DNA of 64,000 nt, from contig CP158635.1 in assembly GCA_050273025.1 (NCBI GenBank), forward strand, positions 20,956,001-21,020,000. The letters run 5' to 3'. A program made the translations under genes and the position numbers. The DNA comes from Cenococcum geophilum (Eukaryota). A model generated the notes under the pieces. That model had not been told where the DNA came from and made no database searches. It was given only the letters and a program-made list of their open reading frames with translations. Shown in pieces: positions 13,600-27,586 of the stretch (the first letter of the stretch is position 1; each line of letters starts with the position of its first letter).

Positions 13600-14626
13600 A
13601 GGTAGCTATTAAAAGAATATAGCTTAATTCTCTTATAGGAGGGCGGGAACTAGTCTTTAAAATTACGCAAAGCTGTATCTACCTGGCTAGTAGAAATATC
13701 TCTATTAACTTCTATTGGGTTCCTAGCCATCTAGAAATTTATAGAAATAAAATAGCAGATAAACTAGCAAAAAGGGACCTTTCTAAAAGAAAAATGCGGT
13801 CTTCTTATACCTCTTTAACCTACTTAGGGAGACAAGCAAGAGAAAATATACTAGAATAATGGAAAAACAATTAGCAACAGAATAAAAGCAAAGGAAAACA
13901 CTATACTAGAATCTGTAAGGGAAACTACCCCTTTTCTTTTAAAGCTCCTAAGGATAAATATTCTAAAAAGCTATAGTCAGCTTTCCTTCAACTAAAACTA
14001 GGAAAAGGGTTTTTTTAATCCTTCTCTAAAATAATAGGAAGGGATAAAGAAGGTAGATGCTTTAGGGACTGTAACGCTATATAAACCCCTACGTATCTTT
14101 TACTAGAATGTAGACTATATTGGGAAGATAGAAAGGAAATGCAAAAACAAATAGGCTCTTCTCTCTCCTTAAAGAAGCTTTTTTGCACAAAGAAAGGAAG
14201 AAGGGCACTTTTTCTATTTCTAAGTAGGACCAAAATAGTTACTAAAAAGTGGCTAACAGCAAAAGGATCTCTAGAAGAAGGTAACTCCTATAAGATTCCT
14301 AATAAATAGACTATAGAAAGCAAAAGGATAGAAATAAACTATAAATAGGACAGGGACAGGCGTTAGGGTTACTTGATTTTTCAATTTTTCTACTATTTTT
14401 CTACCGTTTTTTCACTATATAATAGTTGTTACCAACCTAGTATTTTACCAGGAAGTGGTAAACCCCCAGTTTAGAGACTTATAAACTATTAGGATATAGC
14501 TACTAGTATATATTAAGCTACCTAGAAAGGATTTATATATATAAGACTATAGCACTATAGCCTAGAGGCTGCATGCGTAGTATTGTACGTAGTATAATAC
14601 AATAGATATAAAATAAAATAAAAAAT
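13600..14626 (+). mobile_element. 5'-truncated Tad1-like LINE (RNase H, C-terminal Cys motif, A-rich tail)
   Basis: AIKRI..FYWVPSHLEIYRNKIADKLAK (RNase H), QLKLGKGFF..RCFRDC..TPTYLLLEC, tail ataaaataaaataaaaaaata. Confidence 0.82.
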
Positions 14627-17600
14627 AGGCCTTAATTCTTATATACCGAGCCTTCTATATAATTACCCCCCTAAAACTCCGCTGGACCGTTCTGCGATTA
14701 AGTATTAGGTGCTAATTTTTTAAGAATAATTCCTTATTTAGCTACCTATTCTTTAGATTCGGCTATAAAAAACGTCTCTTTATTTATATAGATTATAGCT
14801 ACCTTAAAGCCGTATTATCGTTTAATAACTGCTTAGGTAAGGGATAACTTTTTAGCCATTATATCTACTTTATTTATTCGCGTCGCGTCGTTAAAGAAGC
14901 ATACCGCGTACTTATTGCTATTATATACAGCTATTCCTAGTATTAAATCAAGGTAGATTCTATAGAAAGGAACTATTAAATATTACGTTATAAGCTTTAC
15001 TTACTCTATATAATTTATATTCTACTATTATTAGGCCTTTTAGAATCGCGCCCATTACTAACTAAAATAGTTACTTAATTACTTCTTTTCATATATAGTC
15101 TTCTACTCAATTTAGTAGAGGCTTTAATAAATACTTTATTAGCTTAAAGGATTAAGTCGTATATAAGGTCTCTAGTAAGCCTCTCTTTAGCTAATTATTA
15201 TATTTAATAGTAATCTAATTATAGTGGTATTTATAGCGGGTATACGTATTATTATTGCCATAGAAGAGAGTATTCTCTTTATTATTTTAATAGACGTCTT
15301 TATTACTAAGCTTTTAGATATATACTAGGTTAGTATAAAAGCTAAGTATAAAGGATACTCCTATAAGCAGTATCTGCCTCTTACCCTTAAGGTAGTTAAT
15401 TATAACTATAGCTATACTAAATCTTATAATTTTTTTTAAATATATAAGCCCGTATAGAGTTGGTCTAAAAAGGGCTTAATCTCGCTAATAAATCTAGCCT
15501 AATTGTTAAAGATGTATATATTAGTTCCTAAGTTCAGAAAAATATTATCGCGAAGCTTATAGTCTAAAGCTATATTATAGATTCCTTTTTAATAAACCGT
15601 AAAGACTCTAATAGGCTCTTATAAGCTCTAATTACTACCATCCTTTAACTTTTTATTAGCTTAATTGTCCTTCTTAATTTGCTTAATTTAGGCTTTAATT
15701 TTAGGTATTATATTAGTAACCTTCTTATCTACCTTCTTCTAAATTTTGTTACTTAGTTTAAACTAAAATAGGCGAGGAATTAACTCTACTATATACTAGC
15801 ATTTATTATAGTAATAACGCTTTCCGTACAGGCACTCTAGTAGCGGTTATGTTTTTTTCTTCTACTTATCTACTAACAATTTAGACTTTACCTTAGGCTT
15901 TAAATTTAGTAACTTGCTTAACTTGTCCTTAAAGGTAACTATATAAAGGATCCTTATAGGGGTTTGCCCTTCTAGGCAAGCTCTATACAACGGTAATTTT
16001 AGTATATTTTAACTAGTTTAGAGAAGCTAAGAAGCGTCTTCTTCTCCTACTTAGGCCTTTTAAGCTAGTTCTTCCAATATTCTAACTAGCTTAGTATAGT
16101 TAAATTAACTATATACACGAAGTCTTTTACTAAATAATTACTATCTACCTTAGGTAGATTTTGCTCCTTATACTTAGTATATATCTTCTCCTACTCTTAT
16201 AACTAGACCTTAAAGTTCTAGTTCTAAGGTGCTTTCTTAAGCTTTATATACTAGATAGCTACTTAAAGCTTTTAGGCGCTATTAGTTAAAGTAATTCTCT
16301 ACTTAAGAGACACCAAGACGTTATAGGTAGGTACGTGAAATGGAGCTTTAGATGTGGCTGCGTAACGTATTAAGAGCTAATAGCTATTTTCTATATAGCT
16401 TTACGTTATTCCTATAGTTAGATTAAAGTATTTAAAGCTCTTCCATTTTATCTTTATCTAGCTCTAAAAGCTTTATCTTCTGGCTATTAATATCCGTCGG
16501 TAAGGCTTAAATAGGTTCTTTAAGTATTGGCAGATCGGTCTTAGGTATTAATAGGACGACATATTTCTAGAGACTATTATTATTAGCTTTTAACCTAATA
16601 ACCTTAATCTATTTATCCTAATTATTTAGGCTTACTAGGATAACGGATAATATAATAACGAGAGTGGTTTCTTGTTAAGAGATTATTATAGATATCTATA
16701 ATTAAGATAATAATGGAAATTAATAGGAATAAAGGCTTTTAAATTAAAGATAATATAGTAAATAACCCAGGCTTATAACTATTAAACGGACGATTTGGAA
16801 TAAGAACTCTGTCTTATTACAGAAGGCTTTAGAGCCTTACTATATACACTAGATAGGTAGTAAATAGAATGACAACAACGTCGTTATTTAGTTGGTAATA
16901 TTCAATGGAAACAGGTATCCGCCCTACGGACTATTCGCTTACGCTTATAGTCCTACGCAGCTTAATGGAATACTAGGTTTAACGGAACGTATACGCGAGA
17001 TTAAGCCTTACCTGTTTCCTTATATAATTTAATTACTATAACTATGCCTATGGAATCTAAAATTATTAAGATATGCGTATAAGATGCACTTTGTGAGTTA
17101 TTACGCATAAAAACACCTAATATTTAACTGGCAGCCCGCCTATATAACGTGCTATTTAAACGTATCTATAACCGCGTTAATGGCATTAAGAGTAAAATAT
17201 AGAGACCTGGCAGTAATAAGAGGCCATGCTTCTATCCTATATTAATTAAATAGACTATCTTAGAGTTGGCGCGTTATTCTACTAAGTCTATAATTATATA
17301 TAGCATATTCTTAAGCTCCACGCACCTAACGGCACTAAACTACCTATTCTTAGACGCAACTAGACTAAGAAATTCCTTAAATAAAACCTAATAGTATATA
17401 AGGTTAAGTAGAAGCCTATAGAGATTAAATAAGCTGCTATAAATAATCCTACCATAATATAAAAATAGTATACTTTATATAAAGATATAAAGGAGTAATA
17501 GGGTATTCTGCTATACGATAAATATAATTTTAATAAGTCTAGATTTTATATTAGAATTAGTAGCAGCTAGTAGATAATTATGCGTGTATTAGATACTAAG

Positions 17601-17755
17601 AGGATACACTTAGCTAGTAAGATAAATTGCAATTTCGTGTTAGTATTAGAGGCTATATTTAGTAATAGAGTTATACTTACTCTAGCAGTTATTATTAAGG
17701 GCTAATAGATTATGCATTAATACCTTAATAATTTAAGTATACCTAGTAACTACGA

Positions 17756-17853
17756 GAATTCCGTTAAATTTTCCAAGGAAAATTTCCAAATTGCTGACTT
17801 ATAGCCAGCAATTTGGTTCCTTGGGTAAATTTAACGGAATTTTTAACGGAATT
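17756..17853. repeat. Long imperfect palindrome at Helitron 3' end
   Basis: gaattccgttaaattt..ccaagga..ccaaattgctg / cagcaatttgg..ttccttgg..aaatttaacggaatt. Confidence 0.85.
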
Positions 17854-17904
17854 CTCGCGCCTGCGGCGGGCTTTTGGCCTTCTAAACTCAGTCCGCCCTA
17901 CAGC

Positions 17905-18060
17905 TACCCTACTACTGCCCTACTACTCTACTACTGCCCTACTACTGCCCTACTACTCTACTACTGCCCTACTACTGCCCTACTACTACCCTACTGCTGC
18001 CCTGCTGCTGCCCTGCTGCTGCCCTACTGCTACCCTACTGCCACCACTACTGCCATACTG
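17905..18060. repeat. Low-complexity (ctactgcc/ctacta)n tandem repeat in Helitron 3' region
   Basis: Visible tandem repeats with a 30-bp period in part. Confidence 0.9.
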
Positions 18061-21000
18061 TCCCCCCGCGTCTTAGCCCGTAATGGCCAGTAACACCTCT
18101 AGATATATAATATTAGCAGTTATACTATCCCTGTTCTGCGGCAGTAATAGTAAAAGCCTACGTATATCCGTTACTCTTAATAATGTAATATATAGCTGCC
18201 TATGCGTAAAGACTGGTATACGTAAATTAACCCTAATAAAGTTAAAAGATTGCCCTTATAACTTATTTACGGTCATAGCAAAGTATAGCCGAATTAGAAA
18301 CTACCTTCTACTAATAATAAACGGCAGTTCTCCCTCTATAAAGGTAAGCTTAATATAAGGGATTAGCCGTAGCTGCCTGTAAAAGCTGCTGCTAAGCATT
18401 TAAGCTTTAATATAGCGCCGGCCTACGCGCGTGATAACTATACAGGTGCTGTTACACAGCCCTTCCTTAAGGTAGAGGTTCCGTAAAAGGATTACGGGCG
18501 CCCCTACCTTTAGGGAAAGCTTTAATAGAGGTAGGCTACTAGGGTTAAATGTCTGTAGGAGCTCTGCTGGCAGCAGTTCTATATAATCTTCTTCTCTATT
18601 TTGCTCTACAGAGTCTATAAAATAAAAGGTGCTTAGGGAGCTATAGAGCCGCGTAAGGATAGCCTTATTAATCTTAGCTATAGTATCGTTGTAAATAGTT
18701 AGGATAGCGCAATTGCGGAAGGTATCTAGGTTATAGTATACCTATATAAGTAGATACGAAGGGTATATATACCCATAAAAGGATTCCTAGGACTAGAACT
18801 GGGCTATACTAGGTAGAATACTAACCCTACTAGCTAGGGATATATTGTAGGATAAGCTTCGCACCTAAGCGGCAAATTACTAGTTTATCTCGCCCTAGCG
18901 GACACGCATATTTAACCGTAGGGAGAGGATATGGAAGGTAGGCTAGAGGAATAACCGCTATAGGCAAGTACCTATAATAGCTGCGCGGTTCCCCTATAGG
19001 ACAACAGGTAGTATCTAAGTAAAGTTACCGCCTAAGATAGTAGGGAGTCCGCTAAAGGTAGAGTCGTTAGAACGGACGTCCGTAAGCATATAATATACGG
19101 CTTTAAAGCAGTAGCAGTGCTGCATTAGCACCTTATCCTAGATAAGTAAAGAGGTACGGCGTAGAAACTTAACTAAATTTAGGTTTTTAGAGACATTATA
19201 AGTAGACTCTTTGTATAGATTGATAGGTATTTAAAAACGGGAGTAGGCAGTACGGCCGCTGGGTAGTAGGAGGGCCGTAATACTAGAAGAAGCTACGTAA
19301 AGAACAATCTTACCACGCGAGTAGTAGTAGTAGCAGAGGTAGTAATAGAGAAACGTTTTACCGGTGCCTATAGGGCCCTAAAGGAAGAAGCAGGCCGTCT
19401 ACGGATCGGTATCTATAGCGGCAACAATAGTATTAAAGCACGCTGCTTAGTCCGTATTTAGCTACTAGCGTAGCTTAATAAACTAGCGTTCTTCCTCTAT
19501 AGGGTTATATTACTATAGCTTAGCTATAAGAAGCGGGTTACTTCTCTCCGTAATAATACCCCACTAGTGCTAAAACTGGGGCAGGCTATAGTCTATAAGC
19601 GTCTTCTAGTAATCCGTAAGTATCTATTAGATAAGGTATAGGCCGTAATTAAGATAGGCGTTATTGTCCTCGCCGACTATAGGAGGAACATTAGGTTGGC
19701 GGGCTAGAAAGCAAGGTAAGTTATCGCAGGTTAACTATTTAAAGCGGTCCTATAAGGCAACTAGCTCCGCAATAGGGCTATAAAGTAAAGCGGTTATAAA
19801 TAAGGAGCGTAGCTAGGCGCTAATAGTAAAAACAGCGGCCTCCGTAAAGCAATTAATCCATTTATAATTATCCTCTAGCAGCCCTAGGGCTATATAGGCA
19901 GTCTAGAAGGTTAAATATATTATACTAGCAATAGTACAGAGGTCCTTAAAGGAGGTAGGGCTAGAAACGGACGTTAGTAGCAGCCGTAAGTAGAACCTCT
20001 CCCCTATAATAGGGCTGCAGTAATATATAGCCTATTATAGTACTTCGCTAGCGAGGACGCCATTCCCGCTGCTTTATATAAAAGACGTACCGCTTAGGGA
20101 AGTCTTAATATAGGCAGTTACGGCTATCCTTATACTCCGTATTTTACTTAAAGAAGCCGTTAAGGTAAAGTAGGAGAGTTTAAGGCGCTGCTAGATCTCC
20201 TATATAGACTAGTCTAGCTAAAAGTATATGGGCTACTTGCCTAGAAGGTGTACCGCAAGCTAGATTATAGGGGGGAACTCCTTATAAACGGGAAACTTAA
20301 ACAGCCGCTAGATAGCCTCGGAGGGGCCAATATAATAGCCCTGTAAATACTAGCTTACCTTATTACCGTCCATAAGCCGTAAAGTAGTATAGTCGCTCCC
20401 CTTATATATATACTTGTAGATATACTTAACGGACCGTATAGAGGCGCAAATCTTAACATTTATATACGTATAATACTTTATAGTTAGATATAGGGAGTAC
20501 GGAATAATTTAGCGATTATCTATTTTAAATATAGCCCCCTTAGGTAAGCGGACAGACTATAACCGCAAATTATTACAACGGCGGTATTCTGGATAGCCAT
20601 CCTTATATATAACAGTAGTAGGGTTAAAAGGCTTAGGGTACCGCTTTAAGTAGGTTAGTAAAAGGCCTAGCCCTAGCGCAACTATATAGGGAGCTCGTGG
20701 ATTCTAGGAGCCGCAAGGGCCGTAAACCATTATTAACTTTATAATCTTAGTAAGACGGCTAGTAGGATCGTCTTCTGGCTGCGGAAGCTTAGCGGATATA
20801 AAACGGTTAATAACAGCTAGGTTTAGCAGCCTATTACGGTTATACGGATATAGGAAGAGTAGTAGATATAGATAGGGCAGGCCCTATTTCTAGTACTTAA
20901 TAGTCTAAATAGAGCCGCGGTACCGGCTAAAGATCTACTTCCATTTTAGGTCGTATAGAAGGTAAGTAACTTTTATATAGAAGACGCGTATAACTAGATT

Positions 21001-22069
21001 GGGCCTATCTATAGCGGTTTAGCTAGGTAGTAGCTTATAAGTAATCTTGTTCTACCTAGGGTTAGTAATAAACGTAATAAATATATTAGGACGGCCGTAT
21101 TTGCGGATAATAGCTATTAAATTCTAATAGCACTGGCCGATAAAGCGAGCCCCGCTAAGGAAGCTTAATAGAAGGACTACGCGGCGGCCTAATAATTTAG
21201 GGTCTAGATTAGCGCGGGTAAGAGCGTTTATAACGCCGTTATATAGCTCTGTACAAAGGGTAGGTTGGTGGAAGCAGATCTAGTTAAGCTTATTCTAATT
21301 ATATAGTGCCCATATATCTACGACATACTGCTAAAATAGCCGGCAGTAGGCAAAAGGGACTAACTTAGAGTGCCTACGGACGTGTAGGTAGAACTAAAAG
21401 TAGGCCTACTAGGTTAAACGGTCTCGCTAGTAGGCTTAATTAGAGTCGCGTAGCTAGAGACCCTAGTGCTAGCCAGTATCACCGCGGGGGAAGAGTAGCA
21501 CGTAGTGGAGCGGCATATATACGGCATGCGTTAAGTTAATACGGCAGTATTACGGCTACTTATTAGGCGCATAATGCTCCGCAAGCACAATGTCGCGAAA
21601 GCTGGCATTACTATACTCGCCTGGTATAATAACGGCCACCTTATTACTTATTAGGAGGTTCTTATAACGCCGATTAGCACTAGCCTCTAAGATAAGCTAT
21701 ATCTGTGGGTTTAAGATAATCCGTAATAGGGTTATTATGGGCTAAGCCTAAAGCCGTTCCCTTATAGTTTAATAGAGGGCGATAAAAGGGTTCCGTATCT
21801 TAGATTGTTGACCTAAAAATAAGGTCCGAAAATGAGGACTCGTGTGTAGTATTGAATGTGGCTCTAAGACCTCTATATATACACCAAATAGGTAATAAAT
21901 AGAATGACGACGTAGTCGTCATTCGGTAGTGGAAACAGGTAATTAGACATTCGATGAGACATATGATGGTAAATAGCGAGGTAATGAGACGTAGGGTACT
22001 AGGTATCAAAAACAGTGATAAGTACGTCATTCTCAGTTCGACATAGATAGTATAGTAGTAAGGCACTAT

Positions 22070-25000
22070 CCCTTGACACGGCAAAATTGGGCCTTACGGT
22101 ATCGATAAGAGCCCACCAATCAAACTAGCTAAATCGAGCAGCCGTTTTCAGAAATACGAAGCTTTTGATTTCATAGCTAATGTATCCAAACTCTTCCAGT
22201 AGTCCTCAATGCACGATTCTATAGTAATACCCATATGAATTAGCACTGCAAAGTACGCCCAGAGTTCTTGCTTGCATGTTAGCTACTATGTATATAGGTG
22301 TTCCTTTTCCTTATCTGGCGGGTACAACTCCTCATGCTTATTTATCCACTCTACAAGCTTATCCATAATCTTATCTATAAAGAACAGACTAAATAACTTA
22401 AAAGGATCGTGTGTATTAACGTTAGAGGGTAGGTTTGGTGAGCCATGGTCGTCCCAATCGTCAATATAAAGAGGTTCGAATTTGGGCAACGGCCAGGGCT
22501 TAGGGCAAGGTTTTTTTATAATTCGATTTAGAGGAACGTTATATTAAGTCTTCTAAACAAGGTCCGCATCAATTCTAGTAAGATTGGAAGGCATGGTGGT
22601 GGTGTAATTCATGATTGAATTCTATATAGATACGCGTTGTTTTGATCAGGCTTGCGGGTAATAAGGCCGATAAGCTTGTCTAACAAACAAGTTGTCGGGC
22701 CAACAATATCGGTCGATAAGCAACAACAATAGAATAAGTTTTCTAAAAATATCTTTAAAATAAAAAATATATCAATACTAAGGACTATAAGATATTTATT
22801 TTAAGGAATAAAAGAGTAGATTTTCTATATTATATAATAAAGAAGCTATAATAGAATACTTAGAATTCTTTGATCTGCCCAATCCTTTATATATTTAGTC
22901 TCTTTAAGTATTTTTATACTTGTTATTGTATAATCCCATAGAATTCGACGTTAAGAGCCTAAAAATACTCTCTCTGGCTTATCGCTTATTCTAGGAATTA
23001 AGAGAATCTTAATTGTAAGGAGCGAGAGCCGCGGAAACCTAAGACGCTAAGATAATTAACTCCACCAATTAATAGCTCTTGTACGAGGCTCTAGTATTAC
23101 CGGATTCTTGCTAATATAACTCTTAAACTTATCCTTACTTTGTGGACGAGTAGCCTATAAGCCTTACTTATAAATAGCTCTTTAAAAGACAGAGAGCTCT
23201 TCTTTATTGACCTCCGGCCTACCCCTTTGGGCATTATACGACGGAGTAGTATCTAGAGATAGCGCTTTATCGCGAAATCTCTTTTAGAGCTTTTGTACGA
23301 TATAGAGCTGCTTCTCTCTAGTAGTACCTATCCTGTTATTCTAATCCTTTAAGAAAGCCGTATAACGTTTAGGATTTAAAATCCGAGCAGCTAGATAGTA
23401 TGGAGATTTTAAGAGCTTTTTTGTATACTTTTTAAGCTTTTCCTTAGCTTGTATAAGGCAAGGAAGTATAAAGTTGTCCTTGCTTAAAGAAGCTAATTCC
23501 TAAAAAGAAAGAATTAGTAAAAGAAACGTAATAAGAAGTTATACGATAAACCCTTATTGTTTAAATAATCTCTTAGAGAGTATTAATTAATTTTAGAACT
23601 CTTTCTAATGTTATATAATCTCCCTAAAGAAAAAGAGTTGCGTTATAGAAAGCTTTAAGAAAGTTATAAATCGTACGAAGCTAAATCTAGTTATCTATTA
23701 TAAGAACATCCGCTTTTAGAATATCTCTCTTATAGTACTTAACATAGAGTTAAAGCCTAGCCTTTACCTAATCCTCTAGAGCCACTAATAATATATTAAA
23801 CCAGCTATTCCATCTTATACAATTATTAAGAGGAATAACTTTCTTAGCTTTGCTCTTAAACTATGTTGTATAATTTGCTAAAGAATAGATATAAATAACG
23901 TTGTTATAAAGCTTTCCCATTGGTCCTATAATTTCTTAAATATTTTTACCCCTTTTATCTAACTTGTCTTTTCGAGATAAGGGTTTTATCTTTACTTCTC
24001 CCTTTACTAGCTTTTTTGCTTATTATATAACTTCTTCTTCTAGTTCTACGGCATTCTTTTTCCCCTTTCCCCTCTTTCTAATTGGTGTCTTTATTGGTAC
24101 CGGCTGTTATATAACTTCGTCCTTACTTTTATCCTCTTCCTCCTCCGCCTCCTCCTCCTCCTCCTTCTCCTCTTCTTCTTCTTCTTCTTTCTTATCCTCT
24201 TTATTGTATAACGCCATAAGCTTTTTATGCTTCTTTAAGGTAAAAAGGAAGGCCTAAATAATAAGATTAATAACATGCCCCTAACAGCGAATTCTTTAAT
24301 ACTCCGCGTTTTAGGAAATCTTATATCTTAGCAAGAGCCATATAGCAATCATACGACATAGAACATCGTTTAAGCCCGCATTGTCGCTAACAAGAGCTCT
24401 AATCTTTGTTTTAATTCCGTACGACTTAAGAACGGGTTAAAGTGCCTCCTATTAATCCTTACTACTTTAACTGTGCACCGTATAAAGGCCAATTAAGATG
24501 TTTTGATATTAATCCTGGATATTAAGGAAGCTTACGCAGATTCCAAGTATAAGAAAATAATTAGGAGAGGTCCAGATATTAACCACAAGGTAAATATTTG
24601 TCTTTACAGACTAAAGAACTCGTTATATAATATCCTGGCTTTTAGTAAAGTGGCTGTAAATCTAATCCGTAATTATTAAGTGGTATATTGGAACGATATT
24701 AAGATTCGTTACTTCTTGGTTTAATGCTTTAACAAAAGCATAAAACTCTAGCCACTTAATACATAAGAATGGAAGCCGTCGTACGATAATAAGATCCAGA
24801 AGTGTTTGTTTAATGGTACCCTTCTCCACTATACGACGTAGAACCTCGCCTTTAAGCCCCTAAACCTCTCCCTTTACTAGAAGCTTTTTATAGAGTACTT
24901 AAATTAATTCCTTTTCTTTGTCTCGTACTGTTATACAAGACTCGTTCTCTTCCCAGCTCTATATTATATTATGTATTCTTTTAAGATAGCCACAAAGCCC

Positions 25001-25459
25001 TATTGTTGAGGTATGCCATCCTTCTGGATTATCTAGAGAATAGTATTTATAGAGGTATCTCTTCTTTGTACGAAGCTTATCTTCTTTAATAACCTCACGA
25101 GTATATTAGTGAATTAAGGAGAATTTTATAGAACCTTCTTTCGTACGACTTATTAAGGTTAAACCTATATTAGTATCAGCGCTTAAAAGACCAGAATAAG
25201 TATTACTATCGAATTTATCAGATAGAATATCACTCTAATTAGCCATTTTATCCTTTGTATAATAAAGAAAGAAGAAAAAGATTAAAAAAGTGGGAATACT
25301 AAGCCTTTATCGGAACAATTATTCCGACAAAGGCTTGTCGGGCCAACAGCTTGTTTGTCGAACAATTGTCAGACAAGAACCTTGTCGACCGCAGGCCTGG
25401 TTTTGATTCCGGTGTTCGCGCACAGACCACTTCCTCTAAGGACCCTGCCGTTTCAAGGG
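22070..25459 (-). mobile_element. Internally deleted piggyBac-like element (contains hAT insertion)
   Basis: TIR cccttga(c/a)acggca; ORF DPFKLFSLFFIDKIMDKLVEWINK..LWAYFAVLIHMGI..IEDYW is a piggyBac transposase N-terminus; flanked by AT on both sides. Confidence 0.85.
22647..25399 (-). mobile_element. hAT transposon
   Basis: 8-bp TSD GTTTTGAT (22639-22646, 25400-25407); TIR cagg(c/t)..gcgg; transposase motifs NIWTSPN..LGIC (~24570), LVSDNAGLND (~24380), RWNSW (~23810), C-terminal LLIPRIS. Confidence 0.92.
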
Positions 25460-27586
25460 ATAGAATAGTTATATCTAGCTAGGTATTAGGATGGGCCCGT
25501 AACCGAACATTTGTAACATAACTAGGGTTATAAAAGTATAGTTAGGCATACCGCGGAGCAATATCAGTAGAAGGCTCTAGCGGGCCCTATAGATAGTAAA
25601 GCTCACCATATATCTAGAAGCAATTTAGGCCGCTGTAGGCTACACTACGGTTAGTAACGGTATAGTTTATAAACGTAAAAGCCAATGCTGCATTATATGC
25701 GCGGAGCCGCTCCCTAAACTACCTAGTAGAAGTACTACGGGACTCTAAAAGATCGTGTAGATATTCTGGCGGAGGCTGGAATAGAGGGAGGTTTATATCA
25801 CCGTGCTTATAGTAGGCTTTAAAGCGTGGATTGCTAGGCTGTAATATACTAATACGTTTATTAATCTAATATAGGGCGGCGTAGAAGTTATAGGCGACGT
25901 CTATAGGGCCAAGATCTAGCTGCTCCATAATAGGGCGGATGGTAGTAATAGGACCATAATCTAGCTGCTTCGCGATAGGGTGGACCGTGATAGGTTATAG
26001 CTAAATTAATACAGGCGGTTAAAGCTAGATTGATACGGGCGGTATAAGGAGGCAGGAAGTAGAGGGAGAAGTAGCAGCGGAGGCAGTGGCGGAAGCAGCG
26101 GAGGTAGTAGCGGTTGTAGTTTGGTTTATAGGCTGCGGAAGGTCCACTAAAGGTCGTTATTAAGACCGTCCCTTTCTTTTCTCCTATATATAGAGTTAGA
26201 AGGGTAGTAAGTAAAGAGAGAATAAAAAGTATTAACCCTATAAGAGTTATAGGTCTTATACGGAGCTCCAAGACGGTTTATTGTAAAGTTAGTAGAAGAA
26301 CGATACTGCCTATAGGCGGTGCAAAATATACGATCGGGAGGCATTTAGGTAGTAATAGGGAGTAGCAACTGGGGTAGAAGGTAGAGGGTAGTAAGGGGTA
26401 GATTTAAGATTTAAGGTCGTAAGGTCGAGGTTGTAAGTTTGATAGGGTAGCACGTAAGAGAGCACGTCCCTTTATTAGGTGACTAGCACCAAATCAAACC
26501 AATTAAAGTCTTAGATTCAACCTAATTCCAGTATATGTTAGATGCCAGGCGCTTAAACTAAAGACTATTTAAATAACAATCTCACGTTTAATTAGATTTA
26601 GTACTTTTATAGGCAAAGTACTGCTTAATAGATAGGTGCGTATTAGCTACTATTACTAAATAGCTACGGTTTATACCTTATAAAGGAATTTATAAAATAT
26701 TATAAGGAGAAGAATATCTATTTATTAGCTCTTCCGCCCTATGTAAGCCACTTTCTATAACCGCTTAATATTGTTCTCTTTTAGCCGTATAAGCACTACC
26801 ATAAATAGGCTATTAAGATAGCTGTACAAATAAGCTGTATAAACTTTAATATTATTAAATTCCTCTACGCTCTGCACTAAATTTACACAGCTATATTTAA
26901 GTTCTTATCTATCCTATTAGGATGAGCAAAGATTAGCCTTATTCTATATAATCCTAAGGTTATATTAACTAGATTACAACGTTAAACTACTATAGTACGT
27001 CTATCTACGCCACTACCTACAATACTATAACTACTGCGGCCACAACCTATAGCGCTATAAATACTAGATACGCCGCGTAGCTTATAGATAACAATAAACT
27101 GGGTTCGCAGCTTTATTATTAAGCAGCCTAATAGGGAGAAAAATCCTTTATTAATACTTTATAAGAGCACTAGAAAGAATACCATGCTTTACTTATTAGC
27201 AGAGGAGGACCTATATTTAATATAGGTAGTAATATACGCCCGTATAAAGCGTTAAAGGACTAACTAACAGGTTGTTTAAAAGGGAGGCTTAATATCTACA
27301 GTAGATGGACGGCTTAAAGTATTATAACGAGTTTAAAAGGAAGCAGAGAAGGTAGGTAGGGCGGCTATACATACAGTAAAGAAGTGGGTAAAGAAGGACG
27401 CTACACAAAGCGCAGAGGTCTCAGACTCGTGATATTTGGCAGGATTATAGCTAGGCTATTGCTTAAGGTGCTCTACTAAGGATTTCTATATATACGTAGC
27501 CTACGTAGATATCTACGGCTTTAAATTCACGTGGTAGGGCTCGTGTTCCGTTAAGCTCGGTATTCCGTTAAGCTGCGTAGGACTAT

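Larger units (their letters stand above)
3808..16917 (-). mobile_element. Ty1/Copia retrotransposon, RIP-degraded, interrupted by a solo LTR, a full Gypsy element and a LINE fragment; partial 5' LTR 16673-16917
   Basis: Minus-strand order gag (~16640-15400), integrase (SQNGPAE motif ~14690; YLLN*TPSKRL ~13550; LRLNKLALRT..LVGYN|LTNIF across the Gypsy insertion), then RT (IMAIIIFNLDC**SDATNVFINS ~4650). Integrase before RT indicates Copia. Confidence 0.8.
21806..25518 (-). mobile_element. Copia-type solo LTR (21806-22069 plus 25460-25518) split by a piggyBac-like insertion
   Basis: TGTT...AACA ends; shares the block aataggtaataaatagaatgacgac..ggaaacaggta with the Copia LTR at ~16850-16917; no clean TSD. 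Confidence 0.65.
17742..26542 (-). mobile_element. Helitron with RIP-degraded Rep-helicase ORF (~26344 to ~18090)
   Basis: Inserted between A(17741) and T(26543) with no TSD; 5' TC; 3' hairpin then CTAGG; Rep HUH-region relic KY*K*GLPYLYLLLF (~20880); PIF1 motifs GPIGTGKTF (~19370), LGGNFT*ILP (~19030), FAMTVNK (~18270), YGQL-like motif. Confidence 0.92.
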
